Notes under the pieces: model-generated
What the model was told of the DNA's origin: nothing
What the model saw: only the letters and a program-made list of their open reading frames with translations
The model's database searches: none
Source of the DNA: Gekko japonicus
Taxonomy: Eukaryota
NCBI RefSeq assembly: GCF_001447785.1
Contig: NW_015172051.1
Span: 305,497 to 369,496 of the forward strand
Direction: 5' to 3'
Length of the DNA stretch: 64,000 nucleotides
Shown here: positions 1-12,883 of the stretch, in pieces
Position numbering within the stretch: the stretch's first letter is position 1
Layout: every line of letters begins with the position of its first letter
Translations under genes and position numbers: made by a program

Positions 1-2519
1 TACTAGCTAAAGGCAAGGAAAGTGTGAAAAGAGGTATTTCGAAGGGAACTAGGATGTTATTGCTACTTCTCTCTCAACCATCTGTGTCTCATCGCATAAT
101 GTGGCCTCATATTATGGAGCCTCATTGGACTCTATAATCAGACATGATTGGAAGTGGAAGGTGTGGGTGGATAGGATAGAACAGTTACCCTATGAGAAGA
201 CCACAGATCCTTTGAAAACAGGTCTTGGCACTAGAATGCATTTTTGCTGCTACAGGGATAAGGCTATCCTGCAGGTAAGTCTCAAAAACTGAGAATTGTG
301 GCTGGATCTTGGGGTCACACTACATCTCTGTATACGAACATTCCGGTGTCTGCTTGTCCATTGCAAAGTACACTTGAGAGTGGGAGTTTCACAGTAGGAA
401 AAGGGGTAGATGTGTTTAACTATTACTCTGCTAACTAGTTGCCTACTACTGAAGCTTCCCACCACCTGCTTTTGTTGTTTCAGGAATCATATTTCAGAGG
501 CCAGATGCTGTGCTCTCTGCTTTCCTGCTATTATTTTTTTTTAAATTACTGCTGACTGGATTAGCTATATTTGGGGTTGTTGTTGCTTTAATTTTAATTG
601 TTGTTACTTTGTTTTTATGCTGTGAAATGCCTTGGGAAGTTTTCTGGAGCTAAATCCTCTCAATAAATAAATAAATTTGTATTTGCAAGAAACATTGGTA
701 AACAGTCTGATTTTATAAAGCCGTTGTCAATCCTAAACAGAGTCAATCCTAAACAATCCTAAACCTGATGGGCAATGGACTTTGAAGGGGGTAACTGACT
801 CTGCTTATGCTTGCTCTGCATAATTTTCAAGTCTGTAACAGCCCCCTCCAAGAAAATTCACCATGAACCTGCTCAGGAATGAGGAGTCAAAACTACAGGG
901 AAAAGTTCAGACTGTAGTCTAAGCAAGCACTTTCACCACTTACCTGTAACTGTTAAAGCTACAGTTCAAGCCTATTACATAAATCCTGGAACTAAAAATT
1001 CAACATTCCCTTTTCTTTGAATTCATGCAGAAGACTTTTGTTTTTGTCCTTACGTAAGGCAACTTTTTCCATGACTGATGCAGCTTCGTTTCCATCCTCT
1101 TTTGTTTACTTCCTCTTGAAAGTTGACATAGTAGGTTGCACTAATTTGCATGATAAGGTACAGCTATATTTTAGAGACCAAAAGGCCACACACTCGGTTT
1201 GCTTATTTTGAATAATTTATTCTGCCGCCAAGATTTAGATTTTTAGTGAATGTACAATCTTTTTACAGGAAATGTTGGAGCAGGGTGAGATGAAAGACAA
1301 ACGTGAGTCATGTGTTCAGAAGCCAGGAACTGGTACTCATGGGGCATTCTCTAGCTGTGGAACTAAAATTACTGGAACCTTCAGCAATACTCGTTCAGTA
1401 TGAGATAGTTTATCTTTGTGTGGCACTATAATATGACACCTCCAACTCTGATATTACTCCAAATGATGTGTCACATGATATATAAATATGCCCTTATTTT
1501 TCCTTTGGTTGTCATTGTGAGTCTTAATTGTAAGGGCCCTGCCACCTCCTCCAGCTGAGCCATTCCTGGTCAGTGGGATACCCCTCTTATTTTTAATAAG
1601 CACCCCCTTTTAGACCCTAAGTGCCAGGGGATCTGAGACTTGGGCAGCCTAGTAAAGGCACTTGAGTACAGTCATGGAAGCCCAGGAAAGAGGTAGGGTG
1701 TGCTGGCCCATTTCAAACAGTCTTTGTCATCCATTTTGGTAACCGGTTACTAACAGAATTTTTGTGTCAGTTCAGACACAACTGTTTTAGCAACCGGTTG
1801 CTAATGGATTTTATTTACCTTTTCATACAAAGCGGCTTGCATCCAGTTAGCAAAGCATAACTGAGCCATTCTTGAAATAAACTGCTTTCTTCCACTCTTC
1901 TTTGTGCTTCTGAATCGCAGTAGTGCGCTGTTTAAAATGTCTGCAGCACTTTCAATAGCACCACGCTCCCCCCCCCATTTCACTGCAAGATCTTCCTCGA
2001 ACTTAGAATGTTTTTTTAAAGTCCAAAGAAGATTGCATGGCAAACAAGGGCAGGGGGAAAAGTGTGGCACTGCTTGAAATGGCCAGATTGCTTCAGAGAT
2101 GACTCATTAATGGAATGAAATCCCCATCCCTCTCACTTTACTTGGAATCAAGCCAACAACGGATAACATCTGGTTTAGAAAGTTAATGTGAAAGGGACCA
2201 CAGTTCAATCTCCCCCAGCTCAGGGCTCTCAATAACAATAGGACTTCATTTCAGTCTCCACAACAGAAGACTTTTCAACACTGGAATATTCTGGCATACC
2301 CCAGAGGTGTCTGTCTAGCCCAAGGAAGTTGCTATCACATTAACCAACATCCAGTTCCTCTTTTTCTTTTTTTTACTAAATCAAGAAGGGTACTCGGGTC
2401 ATTAATTTACACTCCATCCTGTTTCAGGAGCTATCTTGACTTACCCATTTTTTGTGACAATGCAGGTCTGGCTCACTTCATCCTAATTAAAATATATTAA
2501 TCATGTTTAATTTGATTTT

Positions 2520-2840
2520 GATTTTATTTATTAAATTCATATCCCGCCCTCCTCGAGCTCTTTGTGCCCATGCAGATTTGGCTCACAATAGCCTAATCAA
2601 GGTCTTTCCCCCTACTTTTCCCCACCAAAATTGACAGCAGTTACCTTTAAACCAGCCAGTGAGATTCAAACTTTTTCTCTTGCCCCAATCCAAAACCAGG
2701 ATGATGATGATGATGATGATGATTTATGGATCACCCCGTAAGTAGGCTCTGGGTGATTAACAATTTTAAAAACAGATAAAATACAGTCAACATAAAATAA
2801 AATTGTCACAAAGCACTAACAACAATCAATCCAGATGGCA
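2520..2840 (-). mobile_element. L2-type 3' tail fragments with (GAT)n microsatellite
   Basis: TTTATTTATTAAATTCATATCCCGCCCTCC at ~2522 resembles the L2/SINE tail seen elsewhere in the window; (GAT)n at 2700-2723 is followed by an A-rich 3'UTR-like tract. Confidence 0.4.
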
Positions 2841-3305
2841 ATATCAAATCCCACCTACCCAGGGAATCTTCTGTCCATAAAAGAAGAAACCCATGGCATA
2901 GCAAATTATTCCTCAGATCCCTGGTCTAGATCTCTGCTGGTCAGAACTCTGGCTTCCTGATGAGAGAACCCCTGCTGCACTCTGCAGGCTTTTTATCCCT
3001 GAGTAGACAACTCCCCGCTCTGCTCCTTGGACCTCAGCCATGTTTGCCCTTGGATCACCCCAGACCTCAATCCCAGAATTTCAGGTCATATGTCCTTTCC
3101 CTAAAACGTCCCAATTTTCTCCCTCCTGCCTTTTATAAGTGTGCCGTCTTGTTGGTGTGTGCATGTGTGATTGCTTAGGGAATTAGTTCTCAGGTGCTTA
3201 GTGGAAATTGTTTACATGTTTACTTATTTTATTTTTGTATACAATAAAATTATTTGTTTACAATCACTCTCTCTCTTCCTTCATAATTTTATTTTGGGGT
3301 ATCCC

Positions 3306-3955
3306 CAGGGGTCTTTTGGGGCTGGAGTGCACTGGAGGGCTTCTCTGGGAGCCCAAGAGCTGGCACAAATGGCGGTGACAGCAAGCCCCACTTCCAGCTC
3401 TCCATGCTGCGACCTGTTGCTGGCCTTCTGAGGCCCGCGCTGGAGTGCTACGGCCCAAGGAAGGCCCGAGGAGGCCCGTCGCCACCTTCCCGGGGCCTGC
3501 GCCAGAGCACTGCGGCCCCAAGGAGGAGGCCCAGGAGAGGCCAGAAGACACTCTCTGCCACTTCCCAGGGTAAGTGAGGGNNNNNNNNNNNNNNNNNNNN
3601 NNNNNNNNNNNNNNNNNNNNNNNNNNNNNNNNNNNNNNNNNNNNNNNNNNNNNNNNNNNNNNNNNNNNNNNNNNNNNNNNNNNNNNNNNNNNNNNNNNNN
3701 NNNNNNNNNNNNNNNNNNCAACTCTAGTGAGAAGGGGTTTAAACTTTAAACCCCTTCTCTCTTTGCTTCCCACCCCCCAGCTGGGGAAGGGGAGGGGAGG
3801 CTTTTGAAGATGCCTCACCCCCCCTTTTGCTTCCCCTTCTGACATCACTTCCAGTGATGTCAGGGGGCATTGCATATGCTAATGAGCTATTATGCTAATA
3901 GCCTAGCTATTATGCTAATAGCTCCTGCCGCTCTTTTTCTATGAAAAGACCCCTG
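3306..3955. mobile_element. Non-autonomous hAT-type DNA transposon (contains a 138-N gap at 3581-3718)
   Basis: 12-bp TIRs CAGGGGTCTTTT / AAAAGACCCCTG; degenerate flanking duplication GTATCCC / GTATTCC; GC-rich interior; internal palindrome TGACATCACTTCCAGTGATGTCA. Confidence 0.7.
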
Positions 3956-4584
3956 GTATTCCAACTGAGATTGACCCTAATATACACAGACCTGCAAGGT
4001 CCTGTGTTATTTCTTTCTGGAACCTTTTTAAAAAGCTAATTTCCCCTTCTCTGGGTCCAGTTTATGTAACATTACTGTTTCAGCCACTTTAGCTGTTGGT
4101 GTTCCTGACCTGTCTGTTTCTTTATGCCATTTCCCCCACCATTTTTATGCAACTTACACAAGAAATAACATTAAAGTTGTACAGATATAATAGGGAAAAA
4201 TCAGCAGAAAGAAACAGAAAATGGCATGAAAATAAATACTTCTGTTCCAAATAAAAAGGGATTTTTCAGTTAAAACAGTGGGGGTGCAAAGATTGGTAAT
4301 ATCCCTAGATATAACCTCATGTGTTAAGCATAATTAAGCAGAGATAAGGTTAATGGGTTTGGAACAAAGCCCATTTCAAATCTACAATTCTATGAAACTG
4401 TACATGTGAGAAGTATCATAAGGCAGTGATATGCAACCTTTTAAGAGCTACAGAGCATGGGACCCACTGATCGGCAGGCACATTACAGGAAGTCATATGG
4501 CATCAGAGTAATGAAAATGAAGGAGAGGAACTAGAATGATCACTTCAGTGGTTTCAGAGCCAAGGTTGTTGGCAATCGATCAAA

Positions 4585-4925
4585 TAGAACCAGGGACAGG
4601 GCATTTTCTGCCCTGACCGCAACCTGGTGAAATTACCTGCTGAATAACATCTGGGCCTTGCAGGATCTAATGCAATTCCACAGGGCCTGTAAGGCAGAGA
4701 TGTTCCACCAGGCATCTGGTTGAGGACAGCAATGGTTTGCCATCTGCCTGGAGCTCCTGTCTCTCCCCCCCCCAGACAGCGGCATAATCAGTAGCTTAAT
4801 GCCATCTTAAATTATTAAACTAATATATAATATTCTAACTAATATATAATATTCTTAAATTATTAAACTAATACATAAGTATGTTTTTACTGATGTACGC
4901 CACCCCGAGATGTTAGGAGAGGGCT
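4585..4925 (+). mobile_element. L2 LINE 3' fragment
   Basis: Decayed ORF2 C-terminus (RAFSA..TW..L; ACKAEMFHQA) followed by a 3'UTR ending in CGCCACCCCGAG, similar to the L2 end at ~56.0-56.4 kb. Confidence 0.6.
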
Positions 4926-6741
4926 ATGGCTGCCATTTCTTTTAGGATGCTCTCGGAAATCACTGTCAAATGTTGCCATTAATGTGTACTAAATGGAAAC
5001 ATTCCAATTTATCATGCAACCATAGGTTTGACAATCATTACCTTGTCTTTTTTTTCCTTACCCATACATGTGTCTTTGACTGGTTTGACACAATGGTCTG
5101 TTGAAAATTGGAACATGCTCTGTGCCATTTTCTTTTCTCCCTCAGTTGATTTTTCCATCCATACTTCCCCTTAGTATGATACATTTAGTTTCACTCCATA
5201 TAAAGTGGCACTATTTTCCTCACACTGAGTACAGTGAAAGTGAGGCAGGGGTGAAAAAAGTAGTAACAATCACCACTGATCAGGTGGAATGAGTGTTAGA
5301 CTTCCAGCTGATTATTCAAATTTAAGTAATGTGAACTCCACAGAGTTTCTACAAAAAAGGGGCTTTTAGGAAATCCACATTAGTGATTATTGTACCAGAT
5401 TATTCTTACATTTCTTGCTTTAGCCCATCAGAAATAACAGGCAAAGAGTTTCCATCTTTGTTTATGAAGACAAAAATGATGCACACACGCACACCAAAGC
5501 TTTTTACTTAAATGTTCCTTTTAAGCATACCCTCATCCAACAATGCTACAAGAAATGAATTCTTCAAATATTTCACATAAATGCCTTTGGTGTCCTGAAC
5601 AGTGAGCGAATCATTTCAAGTGAAATGTTAAAAGGACCGAGTGTCTTCATTTGGGTTCTGATGCATAACCAAGTGGTTTTAAATTATAGATTTGCTGTAC
5701 CTCCTCAGAGTGTGTGAGTAATAGTTTAGATTTTCTAAGAGATTAGCACAGCATGGCAAGATACACATCAAGAGTGACAAAACGAAGCTGTCCTGGAAGT
5801 GACAGGAGAGCAGAACATCTTGTCCTCAGCAGAAGTGACATACAAGATGAAATAATGACAAAGCTCCTTTATCTTTCAGTCTCTCATTTTAACTGACTGT
5901 TTACTCTGACTTTCAAAAAATTCTTTAAATCAAGTGTCATCAGGCCTACACACACCAAGGCATAAGTTCACACTCCCCAAATAATTGCTCCCTGAAACCC
6001 AGTGGCTACGTCACCTGCCTCAGCACTCTGGATACTGGTATACTTACAGAATAAAAATATCATGAGATCACCTTCAGGCCAGTTCCTTTGGGGTCAGCCT
6101 CAGACTGATTATAACAATTCAAACATATTTAAGAAGGGACAGGAATTTCATCCTTTGATGAAAAAGCCAGAAGTGCCAGAGGTGCAGCTATTTCAGTGGA
6201 AGAATGGTAGTGAAAGGGGGGGGGGACTCAATTTTGGGAGGCATTGAAGGTTGTGGTGGGAAAAGGAGGTGGGGAAGTCACATTCCTCAAACACAAATCT
6301 GCTTGCACTTCTTACTATCCAAGCTACAAACTTTTGGAAGAAAAGTATTGCTTAGTTTATCCTTATAAATGTCTTAAATGTCTGCACAGCAAGGTATCCC
6401 ACCAGACTACTACTACGAACAAGGAGGAAGAGCTTTAAAAGCCCTGCCAAACCACCATTGGTTCAAACAAGCTACCTAGCAGTATAGCCAGTCTCTGAGA
6501 TCAGCAATTTGTAAAGCATGGTAGTCATATTTAAAAGGACAGGACAATTCTTCCTGATTCTCAGTACTGATCTGCCAGCACATAAAATTTTGTGACAGGG
6601 AATAACAGATAAGGATAATAGATATGCTAGTTTATTATAATTAAAGCAGGATATTATTTACATATTGCAATGGAGGTTTGGATAATTCGCAAGGCTTCAT
6701 AAATTTGGAAATGGGAAACCAGTGTGGTTTTCAGTATAAAG

Positions 6742-6952
6742 TAGGATTCCCAGGTCCTCCCAGGCCATCAGTGGGAGATGGGCGGGGGGAGGGTTGCTAG
6801 ATCCAGGCTGGGAAACTCCCGGAGATTTGGGAATGGAGCCTGGAAAGGACAGGGACCTCAGTGGGTTACAATACCACAAATTCCACTCTCCAAAGCATCT
6901 ATTTAATCCAGGAGAACTGATCTCCAGATGAACTGTAATTCTGGGGGATCTC
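6742..6952. mobile_element. hAT (Blackjack-like) MITE, partial
   Basis: Starts TAGGATTCCCAG, with an internal GGGTTGCTAG; body similar to the MITEs at 39092, 43899 and 48416. Confidence 0.6.
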
Positions 6953-7214
6953 TACTATAAAGTATGGACATGAGAGATCATTTGTTACATTTTTTTTTAG
7001 TTTTAAGACCTATTAGATTGGCCTCGGCATGTGCAACAGGAGTGTTATAAACCAACATTGCCTTCTTTCTTGAACAAACTACTCATAGATCTTTCTTCAT
7101 AATGAGATCTTTGAGCTCACAAAATTGTGTTTCAGAAACCTCACCACTGGGATGCCAATGAGTCTTGTGGTTTTCCTAATTTGGGGATTAAGGTGACTGC
7201 TGGAAGGCCACTGA

Positions 7215-7400
7215 AAAGAAAAATCTTGCTGGATCTAATCAATGGTCCATCTAGTCCAACATTCAGTTTCCAAGAATGGGCAACTGAATGCCTGCCCTGA
7301 ATCCTATACTTAGAGAATGAAACCCCCGCCCACTGCATTGTTGCTCCCTAGCAACTAGGATTCAGCAGTATCTTGTCACTGAATCTGGAGAGTCCATTTA
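7215..7400 (-). mobile_element. CR1 3'UTR fragment, decayed
   Basis: TGCTGGATC..ATGGTCCATCTAGTCCAACAT matches the CR1 3' end at 28653-28870. Confidence 0.55.
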
Positions 7401-10400
7401 GGAGATCCAGATGATGCCCACTAGGTGGCTCTGAACATCTCAGCCTGATTTTGATATATCAGTATCTTAATCTAACAGCAAGATCTATCCTCCATTAATC
7501 TGAATTATAGCATGCAATATCAAACCTTGCAGGAATAGGGTGTGGTCTCCTTTTCTAATCAGTATTCTTAATGGTGGAGGAAACCATTGCCTGATCCACA
7601 AGGGTCTCAGCCTGAGCCATGGGCACCCACATGCCAAAAGCACAAGCTACTTGTACTAATTCTTTTGCTCATTCTTGGGATGTAGGACAACTAATTCTAT
7701 ACATACATTAAAAGAAATCCTTTATCAGCAAACACCCCCCCCCCATAAATCTCTATCCCAGACATATTTATATACCCTGATATAAAGAATATGTATTTAG
7801 AAGACTAAATTGGCCTAACTAATTTGTGACTCAGATGGTGAATCAACTAACAATTTACCTCAGAAAATGTGATGGAAGGTTTTCATATTAAAAAAATGAC
7901 AGAAGGGTTTTTAAAAATAACAATATAGGTTATTTTGGAAAACACTGATATATACACATACATGAGTATTTTCCAAAATAACGCTCTATATGGATATAGA
8001 TATGATTCAATGCCGATTCATGGTTTAAATGGCATTCTTATCTTTCTCACCATGAAGTTCATGCATTTCTGAATACAATATAATGGCATTTATCATCTTC
8101 ATCATAGAACCTGGGAATAGATTCCTTTTAGAGTTTCTGAACTGACACAAATGCCTTTAAAAGGGGTAATTAGTGACAAGTGACTAAGAAGGACCTTGCA
8201 CTGAGAAGTCGAGCCTAAGCCTCTTGAAGAGTCTTCATATAAACAAGTCAGACCACATCACTCATTATTCCTCTTTTGTTTACTGGGAGAAAAGTTCAAA
8301 CAATTTAATGAGAGGATTACCCATACTTCAACTCTATTGAGAAAGATTAATTGATATTTTCCTGTTAGGAGTTTAACCACTTGGATTTGCCCTCATATCC
8401 CCTATTGTTATTGATGCTGTGATCAGTGGAGCAAAGTTGCTTAAAGGTTAGACAAACTTTGCAGCATAAATTACATGAACTAATTTATGTTAGCATCCAA
8501 AGGAGTGCGCTAAACTCCCAGATGATGGCATTTGTGCAGCTCTTTGCAAGAAAATGACGCTTCAGTAGCTGAAATCTGTTAGAAGTCTGTGTTTAGATTC
8601 TAATAGTCAGTGGCATGTTTATTATAAGTTAAAAAGTATACCCTTTTAAATAATGTCGTGTGAACACAGAGAACACACGGCATGGCGATTAACATCCAGC
8701 ACCTTTAAATATACTTGTTTGGTGCACAGCTTTACAAATTTCTTTTTTAACTGTGTGTGTATTGAGGACATATGGCTGCATATTTGGATAACCCTATTTG
8801 CATTTTTCAAATGTGTAATATTTTTAACCACTCATTTGGCTTTTGCTTTCGAAAAAGTAGACAGCTCGCATAACCATTTGAACAGGCAGTTGACTTAATT
8901 CTTTTCAAAGGACAAGAAGTAGACGATATTTGTGTTCATATATCATTTTAACTTAGATGTTTGTGTTTTTATGTTGGAAACTGTAAACTGATAACATGAT
9001 TTAGATAAAGCACGAAGGAGAAAAGCAAAGATTTTGCAAATTGGAGACAGCAGAGAAAGCACAGGATGTACCAAAATGAAAAAAAAAGTTTTCAAAAACA
9101 ATACAATTTAAATGTGACTATATTTTAGACTCACTTGCATATGCCTATATCTGGAAAGACTGATGGCTGATAGTGTAAAGTGTGAAATTGTTGGGGAAAA
9201 ATAAGCTCTCACAAACAACAAAACTACAGATTTCATCCCTCTATGAAGTATTGGTAAGAAATAATATATTTTTTACAAGACAGAAAGATAGTGAATTTTG
9301 TAAAATTATAAATTTTAAATAAAAGTAATCCCTAAAAAGAATTAGAATAGTCACTCGAAAGATTGTATCAAAGTAATTTTTTGTAAAAAATATGAACTTA
9401 TAAAAAAGGTCATTGCTAAGAAAAAGAATTAGAAGAGTCACTTGAAAGATTGTACCAAAGTAAAAAAACCAACCCTTCCTTGGCATGCATTACTATTCAT
9501 CTAGATAAAGGTATAAGACACATGATATATGAGAAACAAAACACATAATACATGCATGTTCGGTGTTTAGCCTACTTGATAAACAATACTTTATAATGAA
9601 ATATATTGGCTGCTTCATAATAGTCATGCAAGGTGTACATGTTCAACATACTATATGCTAAAATATGCAGTAGTCAGTAATATTGTGCACACATTTGGAC
9701 ATATTGGAAATATATTTGGACATATTGTGGGCATATTTGAATATTTCAGCTTCTCTTTTAATTGACACAGTATAAGGGTACTTGAATTCCTCCAAAATCT
9801 GCAATCTGCTACAAAGGGACACGGTATTTTTAATGCATACATTGATGGTTATATATTCATCCCTAAAAGGTTTTGGATTAATTAGCAATGAATTGACAAT
9901 GGGACAAAAAGTAAATACAAGCATGTATGCTATGTCTTGATACGGAACATGGGCAAATTTTATTGACTCTAATTGGGGCAAATGTAGTTAACCTTATTGA
10001 TTGACTTAAGCCCATTGAAACAGAATAAAAACTGTTTTACCACAAGATGCTTTAGTATGATCACCATGTCTGTTCTCTGAACCTTTGGAACTTAAATGCA
10101 CAACCTAACATTGACCATATTGATTCTCCTAAATAGTTGTGCAATAATAAATACTACATTCTTACTGCAAGTCTCCACAGTCATATTAGGTGATTGGAGA
10201 ATGGAGCTGTAATCAGAGGAAGTTCAGTGTAAGATAATCTTTATTCTCCTCCGCTGAGGCAAAGATAGGAACCAAGGGACGATAGTAATTGCTGTCGTTG
10301 TGCCTATAAAATCACTTTCCTCAATGACCAAGTGCCACATCTTAACATTTTAGTATTTATTTTTTCTTCAATAGCAGAAGTTTTCAGAAACATACATAAA

Positions 10401-12320
10401 TGTAATTATCTTCAGTGGGATTCTTTTCCCAAGCAGAACAACTGTGTGTTTGGGGGGTAACAAAGCCTTGTGTGTAACAAAGCATCACTTAAGGACCAAG
10501 TAGTTCATACACACTGTCTGTAAAATGACTCCTTTTGATTTGAACTCTATAAAATCACTACAACATTCTGGGGGAAAACATTATCTATCACTAAGGTATT
10601 GAGGTGATCTTAAGTCAGGAAACCAATAACAATTCTCTTTACTGCTTTAGTATAATCTCTTTCCCCTTCTATGCTGTCAGACTTGCCATCATCTTCTTGG
10701 CACCAATTTATGCATGTGTGAGAAGAAAATTCATAAGCCATAGGTTTTCCAAAGGGCAACAAAGTCACATACTCTAGCAGAGTTTTAGAACTACAATAAA
10801 ACGTAATTATGGTGTGCCGATTCAAAGGCAAGAATTAAACAGAAGGAATACAAGACTTAAACAAAGCAGAAGACAGATGTCCAGAAATTGTCATTAGCTC
10901 TCGCACACAGATTGTGATTAAATTTTAATGTGGCGTTTAACTTAAGTAAAGATTTTTGCTTATCAGAGGGAAAGAAGCCTGGGGAAAATATTGTTATTGA
11001 TTCCATTGCTTTAAATGTAACTGATCCTTTAAGTAATTTTTCTTGGTTTCGGTATCACTTTTTAAATGTCTGCTTGGGCCGAAGGAGTCATTAAAGGGCA
11101 TGTTCATTTAAAATTCTGCGTCTCATGCATAAATTGTTCTCTAGTGTGCCCTCCAAGTTCCATCTACAGAAAACAAAACACAGCAGACAATCCACTGAAT
11201 TAAAGCAAGACACAAACTGTACGTAGTAGGTTATGTGGATTTTGTGGCATTATAAGTTTCATGATTTCTGCATGACGGCTTGATTAAAAATAAAATTGCT
11301 ATTCTGTTATGATATGACAAAAACTGAAGAAAATGCATTTTATAACTCATTTATTTATGAAGATCAGGACTATCTTCAATACATTGACTGGGGGTGGGGG
11401 GAGGCAAAAAAGTAGAACAAGCTTACATCTTTTTTAAAAAACAGGAAAGAATAATATTTCACTTTTCAATCAGGTATGGATTCAGCATTGTTCCACTAAT
11501 CAGATAACAGTTAAAATAGAGGAACTGTTATAGTGACTATCAAATTCCGATATTTCATAAATATTTAACTATATATGTTAAGATGTCTGAGGTCAAAAGG
11601 GCAATTCAGTTTCACTTTAATACATTTTGTATCACAGAACACACATACACACACTTCGAAAGATATGTGTTTATTGGTCACAGTTCTAACCTGAGTTCAG
11701 CTGACTTGTGCCAATTGAAATCAACTGGATTGTAGCCCTTGTATATTAAACGGTATTTGCTATATCTGTGTTTTACCTATAGGTAGGCATTAGTTTTTAC
11801 TTTGACGTTTTGAAGTTTAGATGGTGCTTCAATACAGTACTAAGGAGACAGAGTATGAGTCTTTCTTTCTCTTGTCATCCCATTGCAAAAACAGCTTATG
11901 CCATCACAGCATCTTGATTGAGATCCTGAAAGCATTGCATGTAGGCAATCCTTGTTTGTGTTAGAGATGAAAGTAGATCCCCCCCCCCATTTCTTTTGTC
12001 CTGCATGTTGTCATTGTAGACAAATTTGGTCTGATCATTTTAGTTACTGGTACTGAGGATTTGTTTCTTTTATGCATTTTAATACTATAATTCTTTTAAC
12101 CCTAACCCATGCCATGACTCTTATACTGATGTTGTAAAATGCTGGTTTAGTGACATAAAAATGATGTTGAAAAACAGGGACATTTTACGGAAAATGTCAA
12201 ACCAGCAAGCTTGTGAAATTCAGTGGCATCCTTGGTGTGTGTTGTGCATTCCACATGATCCCTTGTAGTCTCAGACTTTTGCCAGTGCATATCTACTAGG
12301 CGGTAGGATAGGAGCAAAAA

Positions 12321-12421
12321 GGCTGAGCAAGGCTATTAATGACGGGACATTTTGGAGAATGTAAATTCATAGGGTTGACATCTCAGAAGTGACTTGACAG
12401 CACTTAACACACACACACACA
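12321..12421 (+). mobile_element. RTE LINE 3' terminal fragment
   Basis: CTGAGCAAGGCTATTAATGAC..TTTTGGAG..CATAGGGTTG..GACTTGACAGCAC plus (AC)n tail; reverse-complement similar to 28237-28340. Confidence 0.7.
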
Positions 12422-12883
12422 CTCACATGCGGAAGCCCATTGATTTCAGTTAATTTAGACTGGAGACACTCTGCATAGGATAATCTTCAGTCAGATCCAA
12501 GGGTAAGTAATAGTAGGGTATTCCTGAGAGGTTGCTGTAGCTGGAATCTATGCTAACTTTGCCACTAGATTCTCCTTTCCTTTATATTAATGGAAATATG
12601 ACATAGCTGTATATATGATACATGTTAATCCTATAGCATTACAAGTATTACAGCAAGGAAGAAGAATGTAAATGCAGCCTTCATCAGTATAGGGAACCTT
12701 AACAAGTGTATGAGCACACACACAAATTAGAAGCATAATAAAATATTTTTTATTTCTGTGTCATATTAATAACCACATTACAAGGATAGTTGTTCAAATG
12801 AATACATTCATAATAACATAAGAATTTGTTTCATTGAATCTGTTTTTAGAAGATTCTATCTATAGAATTTAACTTGTTCTATT

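Noticed and set aside
256-274. 19-nt micro-exon (TACAG|..CAG|GTAAGT)
   Set aside because: It is not frame-preserving, has a weak pyrimidine tract and has no other support.
2870-4071. Possible solo LTR ending TATGTAACA
   Set aside because: It has an LTR-like layout, but no 5' terminus or TSD could be fixed.
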